Below are positions 63,981 through 64,000 of a stretch of 64,000 nucleotides of DNA, one piece after another; position 1 is the first letter of the stretch, and every line of letters starts with the position of its first letter. Made by a program: the position numbers and the translations under genes. The notes under the pieces were generated by a model, which saw only the letters and a program-made list of their open reading frames with translations, was not told where the DNA came from and did not search any database. The DNA comes from a bacterium. Its GTDB lineage: Bacteria; Hinthialibacterota; Hinthialibacteria; Hinthialibacterales; Hinthialibacteraceae. The stretch is taken from the NCBI GenBank assembly GCA_963663405.2, contig CAXXSM010000050.1:1-64000 (forward strand), read 5' to 3'.

Positions 63981-64000
63981 GTTCAGACCTCCTGATCTGG

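Overview
Bacterial chromosomal segment that looks like a long-read MAG. Gene content (a prepilin-type protein, DUF5107, PQQ-propeller and LTD/CotH proteins, secreted proteins ending V-x-x-W-x-x-Y) suggests a Hinthialibacter/OLB16- or Sumerlaeota-like lineage, which is inference only. In order, the window holds: dinD; a B12 radical SAM/oxidoreductase/GT2 cluster; a toxin-antitoxin patch with two orphan antitoxins; a glycan-catabolism region; a 12-kb corrinoid salvage region under two cobalamin riboswitches; a GAF-HD-GYP/CHASE2-cyclase signalling operon; an AT-rich 1.6-kb gap with small ORFs; long-form nagB; an AT-rich EEP-nuclease two-gene insert; and housekeeping genes (gatA, ywlE-rpiB fusion, glyA, nrdR, gltX). 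The most interesting feature is at the head of the two B12 operons. Where btuB normally sits there is instead a type IV prepilin-like protein, a secreted 7-repeat beta-propeller and two eroded secreted-protein relics, which together form a candidate pilin-based, BtuB-independent B12 capture system. Many frameshifts after about 40.9 kb, including in gatA and gltX, look like consensus errors. No rRNA, tRNA, CRISPR array or transposase was recognised.
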